From: Octopus sinensis
Lineage: Eukaryota
Assembly (NCBI RefSeq): GCF_006345805.1
Contig: NW_021826031.1
Location: 434,001-498,000, forward strand
DNA: 64,000 nucleotides
Direction: 5' to 3'
The notes beneath the pieces were generated by a model. The model was not told the DNA's origin and did no database searches. It saw only the letters and a list, made by a program, of their open reading frames with translations. The position numbers were made by a program, and so were the translations under genes. This document shows positions 1 through 12,701 of the stretch, one piece after another; within the stretch, counting starts at the first letter, position 1; every line of letters starts with the position of its first letter.

Positions 1-714
1 ACCCGTCGATGACGTTGGGTAATCAATATTTTATTAAATGGATCTTTAGTTGAATTTGAGAAAAACCAAATTCCAATTTATCTGAAAAACAAAGAGGCTC
101 AATTCCTGTATTTCAAATATTAACAAGAGAGATCTCGGTATTCCAAATACGTCGTTAAACCGAGAATGAGTAATAAATTTGCAATCGAAAAAATTCTTTA
201 TGAATGTAAGAACGTGTGTTCAACAAAAGTCCGGCGGAGGACAAAGTCAACGCTATTAACCAGCCTCCGAAATGGCCCCGTGGTGGATTGGGAGGTTCGT
301 TTCTAGAACATGTTCCAGATCAATAGACGTATTTAAAATCACCGTCAACGAGCGGGACATGATGACATTAAGAATCAATAGAAGTTTTTCAAACCGATAG
401 TAAGGAGACAACCAGAGAAGAAAAATAAGATGTGGGATGAAAAGAAAATTCTTAGCACGAAGCAGTCAACCTACGATTGATTAAAATGTCGTTAATTGAC
501 TGTTCTGTGTGATTGATCGAATCAGCAATATTCAAAATGTTAGAGAAATCCTGGAACGCCGTTTTTAAACTTGCTGATCCAGTCTCCCGTGAATCCAAAA
601 GAATCAAATTAGGATTTAAAAAGTAAAATTAGTTAGATAGATAGTATGTCGCGATCCTAGAATCAAACAGTGTTATGAATTTTGACAGCCACCACAATTT
701 GGCATAAAATAATA

Positions 715-2155
715 TGTCGCGACCCACGCTGGCGACCATCCCACGCTGGCGACCAGAGCGACCTTCATTGTTGACAAGATTGACAGGGCGACCTACATAG
801 TTTGACACTAATTACTAACTAAAGATAATTGCTAAAAAATCAAAAAACTTAACATTTTTTATCTCTATTCATAGTAACTATTTCGTAATTCGAACTAAAT
901 GTTTGTTAGGAAAGACAACAATTAATCTGTATTTAGACATTATATTTTTTACTTTTCCCTTTTCTTCATATGGGGATTCAATGACGGATTCGTCCCACAA
1001 TCTTTTATTATTCATTTCTAAAATAAATACATCGTAAATTTACCATTAAGTTCATCTTCGACAAACGATGCCTCGTTATTTTCATCTAAATTATAAATAA
1101 GATTATAACCTGGGATCGCCGAGTGGTGTGTCGTATTATAGGAAAAAGTTACTTTGTCTAAAATTGTTTCCAATTTTTACGTATTTTTTTATCTAGAGAA
1201 ATTGTACAATAAGACCGGTTTCAGTAGCATTTTGTATATTTGATTTTTAGAGAGGTCGAAATTTGTTCGTAATATGTCCGCCGTATTGTTTCCAATTTTT
1301 AGTTCCTTCTTTATCCATCAGTTTTGCCATACCACGTGTCAATATTTAGTTAAAGCGCTCAATTACACCCTAATTATTTCAAATTTAATCCTCGCATAGT
1401 TGAGCCATAAGTTGGTTTTTGAATTCCAACCCGTTGTCCGTTTGCAAGATCTGACAATATCCAATTTGATAAAACAATTTTTGAAATTTATTCACCACTT
1501 CTTCAATTAAATTTCAAGTCTTACCAGAAGCAGTTTTATTTTTTAAAGATTTGCAGACAACAAATTCGCTGTAGATGTCAATAATTGTCAGTATCCAATT
1601 AGATCCATCGTTAAACTCTTTATATCTTCTAACATCAATAAGATCCGCCTGGAATCTTTCATTGGGTTTTCCTGCAGTTACATGGTAATTAGAATCCGAC
1701 ACCTAGGTATATTTTTTTAAATACTTTCAATGGTAGGGCAAATTTACAAATTTCGCAGTCTTTTATAATTTGTTCGATGATTGGACGTTTTACAGTGAAA
1801 TAGAATTCACTGCACTTTTTCTGAAGCTTTCGTATTCCCCAGTGGGATTCTTGGTGAATGGCGAATGCTAGTGTCCTCATCTCGATTTCATTGTCCAGAC
1901 AAATGACCAATTTGTGTTTTTGGTTATTCTCGTCTTTAGATAAAGACTGAGTTAGGAGTCGCAAATATACCGATCATTAATAATGATAAATTGAGTCGCT
2001 TTTTTCATGCTAACATCTTTTGAGAGGAACCATAATTTTTTTTTGTAAAATGACGCTAAACCATTTCTTAAAATGAATTTTTTCCGGTTTAAATCACCTG
2101 TCAAACTGAAGGTCATAACCTGTCAAACTGATGGTCGCCAGCGTGGGTCGCGACA
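715..2155 (-). mobile_element. Ginger2/TDD-like DNA transposon with decayed DDE integrase
   Basis: Perfect 26-bp TIR TGTCGCGACCCACGCTGGCGACCATC at both ends, 5-bp TSD TAATA (710-714, 2156-2160). Minus-strand fragments: H2C2 zinc finger (IHQESHWG...CEIC), FQADLID, LQTDNG, VIERFN; frameshifts and stops present. Confidence 0.85.
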
Positions 2156-3692
2156 TAATAATTTAAACTGTTGTTATTGCTTTAAAGGGGACAAAGAAAT
2201 TAAAATTATTGCTAGAGTTTCACCAAACAAACCATTATGAACATAATGCTCTTGATACACTTTGCAAAAGATTTTCTGTAATCAAGCAAAATATCATTGT
2301 CAAGTCGTGAGTGCATTATATATAAGTTTCTTATACCACAGAAACAGTTGACGATTTTGAGTGATATTGCCGTTGATTTAGTAATAAAAGGTTTCATGTT
2401 GTGGATTAAAAATAAAAACAGCCAATTTTTTGATTAATATCTTTAATAGACGGCTACTCCAAATATGAGTTTACGGGGAATCTAACAAATAAAAGTGGAA
2501 TAAAGATGGTGAAAAAATCTAAATAAATTTTTTTATGGATTTTGGTCCTTACTATTTTCATAGGACCAATTTTAGAACTTTTATGTGAAAAATTATGCGA
2601 AGAATTCTGTATTCGTCAAATATATAAAAGACAAATTAATCCCAAGCTTTCAAAATTGTCTAAAAGATAGTTAGGGGTCTGTCAAAAAATTCACTCCAAA
2701 AAGCTTTAAAAAGTGGTTAATTTTTAATTCAATGTCAAATTTGAAGGACACCTTGTCAAGCATGTAGACAACCAGGTCACAACCATAGTTGGAAATGTGG
2801 GGCGTGACAGAATTAAACATTGCTTTAAAAACATCTCGCATTCATGAAAAATCACAAATCATTAAATTTCATCAGAAAAATCATTGAAAAGTAAAAAATA
2901 CTGACAAAAAATACACGTCATGAATAAATAACAACAAAAACACATTATTTATGCAATTCAAAAAACCACTGGCATTAGTACCAAATTGTGGGAATGAGGA
3001 TGATTTCACTTAAACACAAGTTTAAAATACTTTTTTAATGTAGTGAAAAAAACATAAAATCTCTCATAATACTACTTAAACCCCGCACTAACGTAAATTG
3101 CCAACGGCCAATATAACTAGGGAATTTTTACGCGCACCAAATCTATCTCCATTTTGACAAATTCTTTGCCGTTATGATTTTTTGTAGGGCATAAGAAAAA
3201 AAAACTTTTAAACCGGCTGAAATCGATATTTTTTCTTTATTTGGAGTTGTTTTGAGGAAGAACAATTTGAAATTGACATTGATAACATTCATAGACAATT
3301 GTGGAATTGGTTGCATTGAACACGAAGTAGTTACTTGTCGTATGATGGTTTTTTAATGAAGAAAAATTTATTTCTGCAATATTCCTCCATTTTGTTTACC
3401 TCAAAGTGATATTCGGAATAAATCTTCAATGATAGCGAATGGTTTCCATAGCTGTTAAAACCATTACCAACATTCTTCCTCTGTTTATATCGTTATAATG
3501 AAGCACCCCTAACATAAGATTGCAATTTAGCTTAAAGTAAGCTAAAATTGCTGCATTTTTCAAAATCTTGATTATTTTAAAAGACACGCGTTTCACGTCC
3601 GGCGTAGTAAAGTTTAATCAGAAAACCTATTTTATCCAGATTTCTTTATAAACAAAACTGGTCTTATAAACAAACATGGAATTAAAAAAATC

Positions 3693-5084
3693 TCATTTTC
3701 GCTTGGCCTTTGTCGATTTCTTCAGCTCCAATTTGACAGGATCCTTAAATGGTCAATCAAACATGACCTTCCGTTTATGACTATTCACGACAGGAGTAAA
3801 AAACGAGTCAATCCGCTGCTGTACTCCCTTGTCTTGAGCTTTCTTCAGTCTGTTCACACAGCTTCTGATCTTTTCCTCACTAGCAATTGCCAGAAAGTCT
3901 GAACCCAAAGCCTTTCTCCGTCACCATAAACTCGATCAATCCATCAACCGCCGGAGGACTCCACTCAAATTTCTTTTGAGTAAAAAAATAATAATAACAG
4001 GAATCGAAGAAACATCCGACACGAGAGGATCCAAAAAGAGTTTTTTGGCCTCCTAAAATCAGTCAGTCTTCCAACCTGATAAGACCAATCCTCTGGGACC
4101 GAATATTTCTAAAATTAAAAAAATCAAAAACGTTTTTATCGAGGGCGGGAATCATTTCATCGATAGATTTGTGTTTTTTTAGGAGCTCTAATGCTCGTTT
4201 AGGACCAATTCCGCGAATAGAAGGACAGTAGTCAGTACCCATAAGAAGACATAGCTCCACAAACTGCTCTTGTCCCATATCCAAAGAACTGAGGACGTTC
4301 TCAAGTCTAATCTCAGTTAAGGGGGATTTCCTTGATATCTCAAAAGCCATACTTTTGGTTTGAAACAGTCATATGCCTCAGTAATACTTTCCCACCAAAT
4401 GCCAATGTATCCATGTCCTCACTCGCCACAGCAAAACAGCGATTTCCCTTCACAAGTGCCGCACACTGAGCCTCCGCTTCTCCGGGAGCCTATTTTGACA
4501 AAAATAATAAAACAGTTAAGAAAGGCACTCCGAGGAGACCCAGCAGCCTCTTGCAGTCGTCGGTCTCACTCTGAGAGACAGTTAGCAGTCGAAGTGACAT
4601 TTTCTCAACAGTTTCCGCATCTCCTAATTATTATTAGTTTTCAAGGAATTACCTAATTGTTCTGCCTCTTCTTTTTTAATTCTGGCTTCTTCCCTTCGGA
4701 TTTTTCTTTTATCGAGCTAATATTAATATTTGACTAAGGACCTGAAATTGTTTGGAATCTGGTGGTTTCCCATCAAAGACATAAACTGGTTTGATCCCTT
4801 TCTCCATGAGAGAAACCGTTCTATACATCAGGCCCATCAGATGACTAGAAAATGGTCAAAGAAAAGATACCCGGTGGGTTCCCCATCAGATGTGGTCATT
4901 CCTCCTCCGTAGTCATGTCTGATTGCCATCATGAACTGGTAAATAAACATGGACGCGTCGATTGCCACTATTCGGCCTTTACGTTAATTTTTTAGTTTTT
5001 ACCAAATAAATTGTTAAGTTGTGGGTGTTTAATAGCACTAGGGGCGTAATCTCCTATCAACTTTGTTAGTCCGGTGATGCCCAT
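3693..5084 (-). CDS. FEN1: Flap endonuclease 1, 11 micro-introns (22-29 nt), about 372 aa
   Basis: Spliced translation [15 protein letters not shown]...[11 protein letters not shown]...YVFDGKPP...[10 protein letters not shown]...[10 protein letters not shown]...[16 protein letters not shown]...QQRIDSFF (PIP box). Intron removal leaves 1119 nt. Confidence 0.97.
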
Positions 5085-5887
5085 AATAACTAAATAAATC
5101 AATTTTATGAGATATTGAACCACCAAAGTCAGTCCCACCAAACTTATTTCTTGAATCTAAAAATTTAAAAAAATTTAATTAATATAATAGTTAACTGCTG
5201 GATGGTTGTTAAATCTTTTTATAACCATTTCCACACAGTATGTATCGTTCGGCACAAAACAAAAATATTTACGTGGAGTGGCAGACACAGTTGGCACTGA
5301 GAATTCTTATTAAAAAATGCAATTTTAAAACAATCCAATAAAATTCGTTTAGACTAAAAAACTCAATTAAGCCAAGGAAGATCAGCAAATTATTAAAAAA
5401 ACAAGACTTTAAAAAAACGGGATTTCGCTCAGCCGCTAAATTACACTAATTTCGGAGAGTAATTGTAACTAATTATAAAAAGTAAAGTTGTTAAAATCCT
5501 CCAAATTCTTCATCATCATTGCCAGAATTCCCAAAGCGACTTTTTCAATTATCTAATCATTAGACATCAGATTCTAATGTATATTTAGAATTTTTGTAAT
5601 TGCACAATTTATCATTTTCATCTTCTTGCGTGTCTTTAAGGGTCTGTTTCGCATAGAATCTTGGAGTTGTAGCACTCGAGCTAACCCTTCCAATATGAAT
5701 GCTTGAACTGTGGTTTTGGTCATGTCACATATACATCTATGTCCCGTCTTTCTGATCCACATATATGCCGAATTCCATAATTTGAAAAATGTTTTTTAGT
5801 TTAAAGTCAGCCTATACGGAATATACACGGTAAATGGGTCTATAAAAGAAAAGTATCGTATTTTAGATAAAGAAATATCTGGAGTCA

Positions 5888-7181
5888 TTAGGTTTTTTGG
5901 GAAATTCGCTTCAAAGATATTTTTGAGAGAAATCCCTTCGACTTTTTTGAATTTTTGGCCTCCACATGATCAGTTTCCTTCCCGACCGAAGTCTTTTCCA
6001 CAATCAAAGATTTTATTTTTTGGTGAACTAAATTAAATTCCGTGGAATTCGAATCAATAGGAACAAAATGTTTCGACAGACCATTTTGTTGAGTAATTTG
6101 GCCACAATCTTTCCTGCCAAAGCCAATTGATGTCTTTAAGGCGGGAATTTTAACATCACTGTGTGGATTAACTTGTCCAGTATGAATTATTCGACTATTT
6201 TCTGACTAAAAACATAACTTGTTCCCGACTTACTTGTACATAGGAATTCCAATCAGAAAAATCGGCAAAAATTGGAAAATTCAAATTGGAATTACTCGGA
6301 GAAGCAAATGGAAAAGAATCTATCAATTTTTTAAGTGATATAAAGAGCTCGTCAGCTGTACGAGAAATGACTATTGCCCCGAGTCCATGAATTAACAACG
6401 CCTTAAAATGTATCAGATTTCGTACCGAAATAGAATATGACAATTTTGCTAGTATTTCAGTTGGTTCAAGGCCGATTCCTCCCAAATCGTTCATTTCAAG
6501 AATGGAAACGCCCGCCTGCATTCTCCGGGATTTGTCCATCGATGTCTAGGCGAGTAAATTTATCAAATATTAATTAAAATAATATCTCAAGTACTGACCG
6601 CGATAAACATTGGCGAACAAAGAAATGCAGCAAATTTCAATTCGGGAAAAGAGTGGAAAATAGATTTGTTTATTTTGTACAAAAGAGTATTATATCCACG
6701 AGAATTTGTCCTGTGGTCAGAAAGGCCACTTTCCGTCACACAAATTAGCTCTTGAGCCCTAAGAACCGACCAAGAAACACCACAGGGAGTGGTCAATATC
6801 GAAGAATTGTCTAAATTAAACTATTTAAAGAATGAATGGATTAATTAGTACAGCCAAAGTGTCACCAACACATTCAGAATACCCCAGACTCGAAATTAGC
6901 CTGCAAAGAGAAATGAGGTCGAGACTTTCTTGAGCAAAGTCTGGGCGGAGCGCTCCAATTGGTTCTAGGCCAATTTGATGTCTAAAATACTACCAATCGA
7001 AGGGTAGTTAGAAGAAAGGTCATGTTTCGACTGTTCTGTAACAGTCAGAGAATTAAATACTCTGCACTATAGACTCGAGTTCAGTAATAAAGCCTGAACT
7101 GCTCCTAACATAATCAACTCTGGCAAGTTTAGTGAGGTAGAGATAGTCCTGCTGAGTAGAAATGGGTCGAAAGGAGCTCAT
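5888..7181 (-). CDS. ADD1: Adducin (hts-like), class II aldolase-like head and basic MARCKS-like tail, 5 introns, about 375 aa
   Basis: ARVDYVRSSSGFITELESIVQ resembles adducin KRVSMILQSPAFCEELESMIQ; also PIGALR..LDLISLCRL, TPCGVSWSVLRAQELICV, FVPIDSNSTEF and a C-terminal KKSKGFLSKISLKR. Frame closes after removing introns of 25, 29, 31, 53 and 28 nt. Confidence 0.8.
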
Positions 7182-8042
7182 CACTGTGAAAAATTACGAT
7201 ATAAATCGGACCTACGAGCAGCAATCAAATAATATGTGCGCTTTTAACTGATAGTAATTAACACAGCGCTGTTGTCGGCAATCGATATAACTAAGAATTT
7301 ATGGTCGATACAAGTTCCACACATATTTTGGGCATGATGAAGCCTGTCTATATAACCACCCGCTGAATATGCTAATAGACGGTTTTAATCAGGTTAATCC
7401 CCACATTATTCCAATTGTTGGTAACCACCCCAACCAGATGCTTTATAATCTTTCATAGTATAAAATAAATTCAATTAGCTTCTCTATCCGTGACTTTGTG
7501 GTATTTCAGATGAGATTCCAATAATAAGAGAAATCTGGAAAGCCAGATTATGATCGGGTCAGTAATTGCAGTGCCAAAAACAATACCATTTATTGATTAT
7601 TAATTCAGTTCAAAGTAGAGAATTGAAATAAAAAATCAATCTCGCCTTTAATTTTCAAAATTTTGAAACAAATTGTTAATGAAACAATCACTTTAATGCT
7701 AATTGACAGGTCATTACAACCGAAATTCTCTCAACGAGATGTTGAGTTAACACGAATCACCGTGACTCTCCACATTCGTTCAAATTTGTTTGATGAAGCT
7801 TTTTGTTCAAAGTCTTTAACTCCAGAAATCGCAAATAATCTTAAAAATATTAAATATTTTTGGTTTAACCAAACATGAACACGTTTAAAAGTTTTCTGAG
7901 GTTTTGTGCTCGATATTAAAAATCAAAAAATTTGATAATTAAAAAAATAAATTCAGAATTTGAAAATATAGAATTAATTTATCTCAGTAATATTTTGATT
8001 TAAATTAAATAATATTTAAATAATACCACATTTTTGTGTCAG

Positions 8043-8865
8043 ATGTTGTTACCAACGGAATCATATTTTGAAGATTTCAACGAATCTCGTCCTCTCCGTG
8101 AAAACGAAGACAAAGGAGTGAGTCTAACTAGTACATTTACTCACACTAGACCACTCTCATTGCAATCCAATGCGAAAACTGTTTAGTTCTTGGTTCTGAC
8201 ACAAAAACGTCTTCAGGGTGAGTAAATAAACACAATAATCTCGAATAGAATTATCGTAAGCGAATATTACTCTCAAAAATTCACAAAAATAAGCGACAGA
8301 ATTGTAATAATGCGTGCAGGAAGTGCAGCGGACACTCAAATGATTGCCCGCATATTGGAGGCCACTCTGAACATGCACAGGTCACTTTTACCATCTGTAT
8401 TCCTAGAATAGAAAACAAATCTGAACTTTTGGTCGAGGTTGCTGCCCACAAGGCTGCCAATTTGGTCTACAAGTACAGAACTCGGTTGGGAGTGAGTCTT
8501 ATAGTTGCTGGGTACGATTCTATCAAAAAATTTCAGGTTTTATTATTTTATTTAATAATTAACAAGGTTTATGCTGTCTCTCCTTGTGGGTCTGTACTTT
8601 CCCGACCTTGGCACACGACGGGATCGGGGTCGTTGTACTTGTATAACAGCATTGACAACTTTTATACACCGGGAATGACCGAATCGAAGGCCATTGAATT
8701 GATTTTAGGAGGTCTTTACTTTTGTGAATGTTTTTTTTAGGAATTCGGTCTTCAGTATTGCATGATCGTGGAAGTGGAGGATTTGTCAGGATAGGAGTAA
8801 TGAAGGATTCGGGATTCGAAGTCAAGACATATCGAGTTCATGATCTCATTTCTTCTTTGTTGTGA
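8043..8865 (+). CDS. PSMB6: 20S proteasome beta1 subunit, 5 introns, about 224 aa
   Basis: Propeptide ...EDKG then mature TTLIAIQ...GSDT...RAGSAADTQ...LIVAGYD...GSGS...DRGSGG; catalytic Thr1 present. Confidence 0.93.
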
Positions 8866-8988
8866 TTTTTTTCAGTTTTGGGCTGAATTATTTGGTTCCT
8901 AATATATTGAAATGATTATTTGTGTTTTTTCCTTATTGTCGCAAGACTGGCTGGATAGGATGGATTATAAAATGAATAAAAATAGTGT

Positions 8989-11248
8989 TTAGTAATTATT
9001 GTCAATCATTTCCAACACAAAATGCGATGTAACGATTTTGTAATTCTGCGATTCGAACGATTTCAATCTTAAACAATTTCGATCGGCCACAATAAAGTTA
9101 GTGGAAGAGCCTGTGATAAAACTGATATATAAACCAGGGAGGATGACTGTTCTGCCTCCATTCTGATTGATGTGGTTCTCCATCCATTCTTTAGAAGTCC
9201 CCTCCTCTACATTCACCACACAAAATTCAATTCCATCAAGAATATTCTACCAGTTTAAATGCCACCAAAATACACTGTTTTAACAACCGGCGTAGAAAAT
9301 TGCTTTGAAGTGGTGGCACTTGTGAAATGATAATTACATTTCATTAAACTGGCCTAATTGACTATTTAAACACTTCTAACAGTTCCAATCAATTTACGCA
9401 GTTCTTCAAGCGTCAGACAATCACTCCACTTCTTGTCCAATCTTGTTTGTTGGATACGAGGGAACCGGAGAGTATGGTTAATCAACGGTTTGTAATGAGG
9501 ACTCGTCATGAATCCAGCAGCTCGGACCTTGGTGGTAAAACTAAGAATATTCACCTCCACAACAACAGTCAGATCGAGGGGCAATCCTTTGTCTGGAATC
9601 CTGGAACCCCAATCACAGTAATTCAGTTGTTCTGTCCTTTCCCAATGAGAATCAGTTGCCACATGCAATTCAAATTTTTGTTTGTATCCTAACCGCTTAG
9701 TAGAGACCTGTTCCAATTATTAATGTGGCCAAACTGTTGAGATGGCCACCAATGGAATGTTCTCGCCACGTGCGGCCAATAAATAGCGAGAAACTCTCCA
9801 ACTCCTTGATTTGAAAAACACCCCAACAATCACTAAATCCAAATCTGAGGCAGTCTCAGTCAGGTAATCAGGCTTCAATTTAATCCAATCTCTTCCCCTT
9901 CCATTAAATTGATATTTTGAAGTTCTGGACTTTAATACAACTCCCTCATAACCGCAGTGGACAGCTTGAGCTAATTTAGCAAACAGGGACTGTCTAGTCT
10001 GACTTTAACAAAATACTGATCAATGTTATCCCACAGAACAGAGTCTGCTAATTCGAGTCTTCCTGGAATTGGATTTACACAACCACAGAGAATTTCTTTT
10101 CTTTCCGACAAACCCAGACTGCTGAGACGTCTTCCATTAAGCAGAATAACATCAAACACGACAAAGCATGGCTGGACCCCACTCGATGTGTGCTTTACAT
10201 CCACACCATCAGCTTTGGTAACTATAACCAATTTTATAACAAAAATTAACCAAATCTGCCACTCTCTTGCTTCAATCCGATCATTTCTCCGTCAAGAACA
10301 CAGGAATGTGTCTTGTCAGGAAAGGCACTCTCAATGTAGGGAGATAGTGTCTCTTCAAACGAATAAATCTTTCGACTACAATATTCCTACATCACAATAC
10401 TGGCGAGAAAAGTATAGCAACTGGCCCCCATCCTTATGAAGTTGAAATCTCTCTCCGTCATATTTATACTCGATGTAGTAGGGAGTGTCACTCAATGCCC
10501 TCATCAACTCCCCGTCAGCTCTCTTGCACAACATGGGCTTAAATGGACTTTTAACACACGAAATGTCGGCCTCATCCAAACCATCCACAATACACTGACT
10601 AACCTAAATATGCCAGATAATATTTGCATACATGAATCAAATCTGCGTTGCTGTCGAGCCATGTATTGGCCAGGCGGTGACATAAAAAAAGGAAAGGCTC
10701 CAAGGGAAATTTGGAATTTCTTAAAATGATTGAAATTAAGTTTTTGTGTTGAGTTGGGGTCATTTTATGAAGGAGAAACAACTCAGAATTGACAGTCCCT
10801 TTCCGAACAATCGACTTGATTAAATCGAGCACGTTTTTAATGGAAATTGATAAATCGGGAGTTTCAGTGACTCGATTTTTAAGAATATTAAAAAGGAGGT
10901 CCTCGAATGGCTCATTTATTTCCTCTTTTCCCAATAATAGAGATCCTTCCCAACACTGAGGGGGGATTGAGAAGGCATTAAGATATATTCTTCCCAATTT
11001 TTTCTATTTTTGTAATTTAAAATATGTTTTGCCTTTGTGAAAGAGAAATTTGAGGTTAAGGAGTCTTCTGTGGCTAGAAATAGCTGGAGTAGATTATACA
11101 CATTCAAATGAGTAAACATTTGGTGATTTTTCAGATAATTTATAAAATTTTTAAGCAATTTTGTTTTTGTTCTTTTATTTTTAGTTTTGGTTGTTGATTC
11201 AATTAAGTTGCAAATTTTAGTAAAAGGGATTTCGCCGCTATTCTTCAT
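8989..11248 (-). CDS. LIG4: DNA ligase IV, 10 introns (one GC-AG), about 663 aa, single BRCT
   Basis: SPFKPML, EYKYDGERFQLHK (active Lys), LDGEM, FDVILLNG, EGVVLK, WIKLKPDY, TLRFPR, then NILDGIEFCVVN...NGG BRCT1 and a stop. Confidence 0.93.
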
Positions 11249-11763
11249 TGAATAATTAATTTGTAGCCCACCAAAAGAAATACATTTTAATTAAAAATTA
11301 TAATATTTTTTTCATTAATAAATATAACATGTTGCTATAAAATTTTTTTCTCGGCTCTCTACTTCGAAAAGAGATTTTTTGTCTTTTGTTTCGATCTGAG
11401 AACTACATTAATATATGATAGACGATGGGCCCCAAACATCAAGAAAGCATCAGACTCATATATGTGGATGATATGAATTGCGTATCTGACGATTAGAGAC
11501 TTTTAATTAGCACTGCTCAAATTGAGATTTTGGTTAGAAAATATAAGCTGAAAATAAATATTAAAAAAATGGAGGTATATAAAAACTAGATTTATTAATT
11601 GAGGGTTCCGACAATATTAGCAGAGGGCGAAAAATGTGTAATATATATATTAGAAAGACATATTTCAATTCCAATGGAAGTCCGAGACGCACATTACTAG
11701 TATAACTAGAAGAAGACAACCGGAGTATTGTGGGAAAGGTTCGAAACCTAGGATGACTTAGAC

Positions 11764-12120
11764 CAGTGGTTCTCAATTTGGGTTTCGAAAAATTTATTAG
11801 AAATTTTCTGGAGTTGTAGCAAAGATAAAGCAAATGGCCCTAAATTGTATTAGTAGTTACTGCATCTTCACCGCCATGTTCTAATGTCGAAAAATATTTA
11901 TTTTTATTAGGTCAAGTTTTGGAAGGTGCTATCAAAATAATTAATTTTGTTAAAAAAAACCTCTGTAGTCTTTTCTATACAAAATATTGTGCAATGAAAT
12001 TGAATGCAATCATACATCATTACTTTTTCATACTGAAGTAAGATAGTTGTCATGTCGAAGAATATTGCAACGTGTGTTCAAATTACGCATCGAGATTGTT
12101 GTTTTCTCAAGAATCAAAAT
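11764..12120 (+). mobile_element. hAT Buster/Charlie-type transposon remnant
   Basis: CAGTGGTTCTCAA terminus preceded by an nnnTAnnn site; decayed LFHTEVR*LS..RILQRVFKLR motif. Confidence 0.7.
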
Positions 12121-12525
12121 CCCAAGAATCTTTTGGCCAAAACGCATATCAAACAAACATCTCTACTCCAATTACAATGTACATCCGTTAGACGAAAAAA
12201 TAAGAAGTAATAGATTGAGTTTATTCGGTCACATCCTAAGAATGGACATGAAAACTCCCGCAAATCTCGCAATGGAACACCACTACGCTCCTGTCCAAGA
12301 ACGACCTTCCAAGGAAGACCAAGATTCACTTTAGCAACCATTCTCCATCAACACCTAACTTTAATTGGAATAGGGTTGAAATCAGCAGACGATCTTGAGC
12401 ACCTGAGGAAACTATCGAGGAACAGAGGGACTTGGAAGCGATTAAGAAAACGCATTGATGAGAGGGTGGCACAAGCGAGATAACTTTACTAACGTTATTT
12501 CGCGGTGTGCTTATTAATAATAATT
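12120..12525 (+). mobile_element. 3' fragment of an RTE-like LINE
   Basis: RLSLFGHILRMD..PANLAME, similar to 58122-58661; (TAA)n tail. Confidence 0.75.
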
Positions 12526-12701
12526 TCTGACTTACTTATGCAAGTCAGGGTTTTCAATATACCCTGAAATTAAAACAAAATATAGAAATGAATTTAATGC
12601 TTCAGCGGACACAGTTGTCAACAATAACTCCTAACATTACAAAATTATGCTATGATAAAAATTACTTCAATGTTCACATTAAAATTTCTTTTAATTTAAA
12701 A

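Noticed and set aside
5490-5790. ORF-like segments at 5490-5790, 39600-40200, 48130-48345 and 50050-50520 as genes
   Set aside because: No consistent spliced model or homology could be built by eye; left unannotated rather than guessed.
7479-7553. In-frame TGA (LLYP*LCGISDEIP) as selenocysteine
   Set aside because: The TGA lies in a candidate 20-nt GT-AG intron, matches no selenoprotein motif I know, and I saw no SECIS.
8120-8151. PSMB6 intron exactly at the propeptide/Thr1 junction as a novelty
   Set aside because: Real, but as far as I recall an ancestral intron position in this gene; not evidence of a new mechanism.
10023-10439. Antisense ORFs in the ORF track (also 4360-4656, 18813-19079, 32560-32793, 38335-38538)
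   Set aside because: They are shadows of real genes on the opposite strand, with no recognisable motifs.
10589-10612. 19-nt GC-AG intron in LIG4
   Set aside because: A canonical 28-nt GT-AG intron just upstream gives a better alignment (DLIH-VSQCIVDGL).
11725-11750. GGTTCGAAACC as a tRNA gene
   Set aside because: Isolated B-box-like motif with no A-box spacing or stems.
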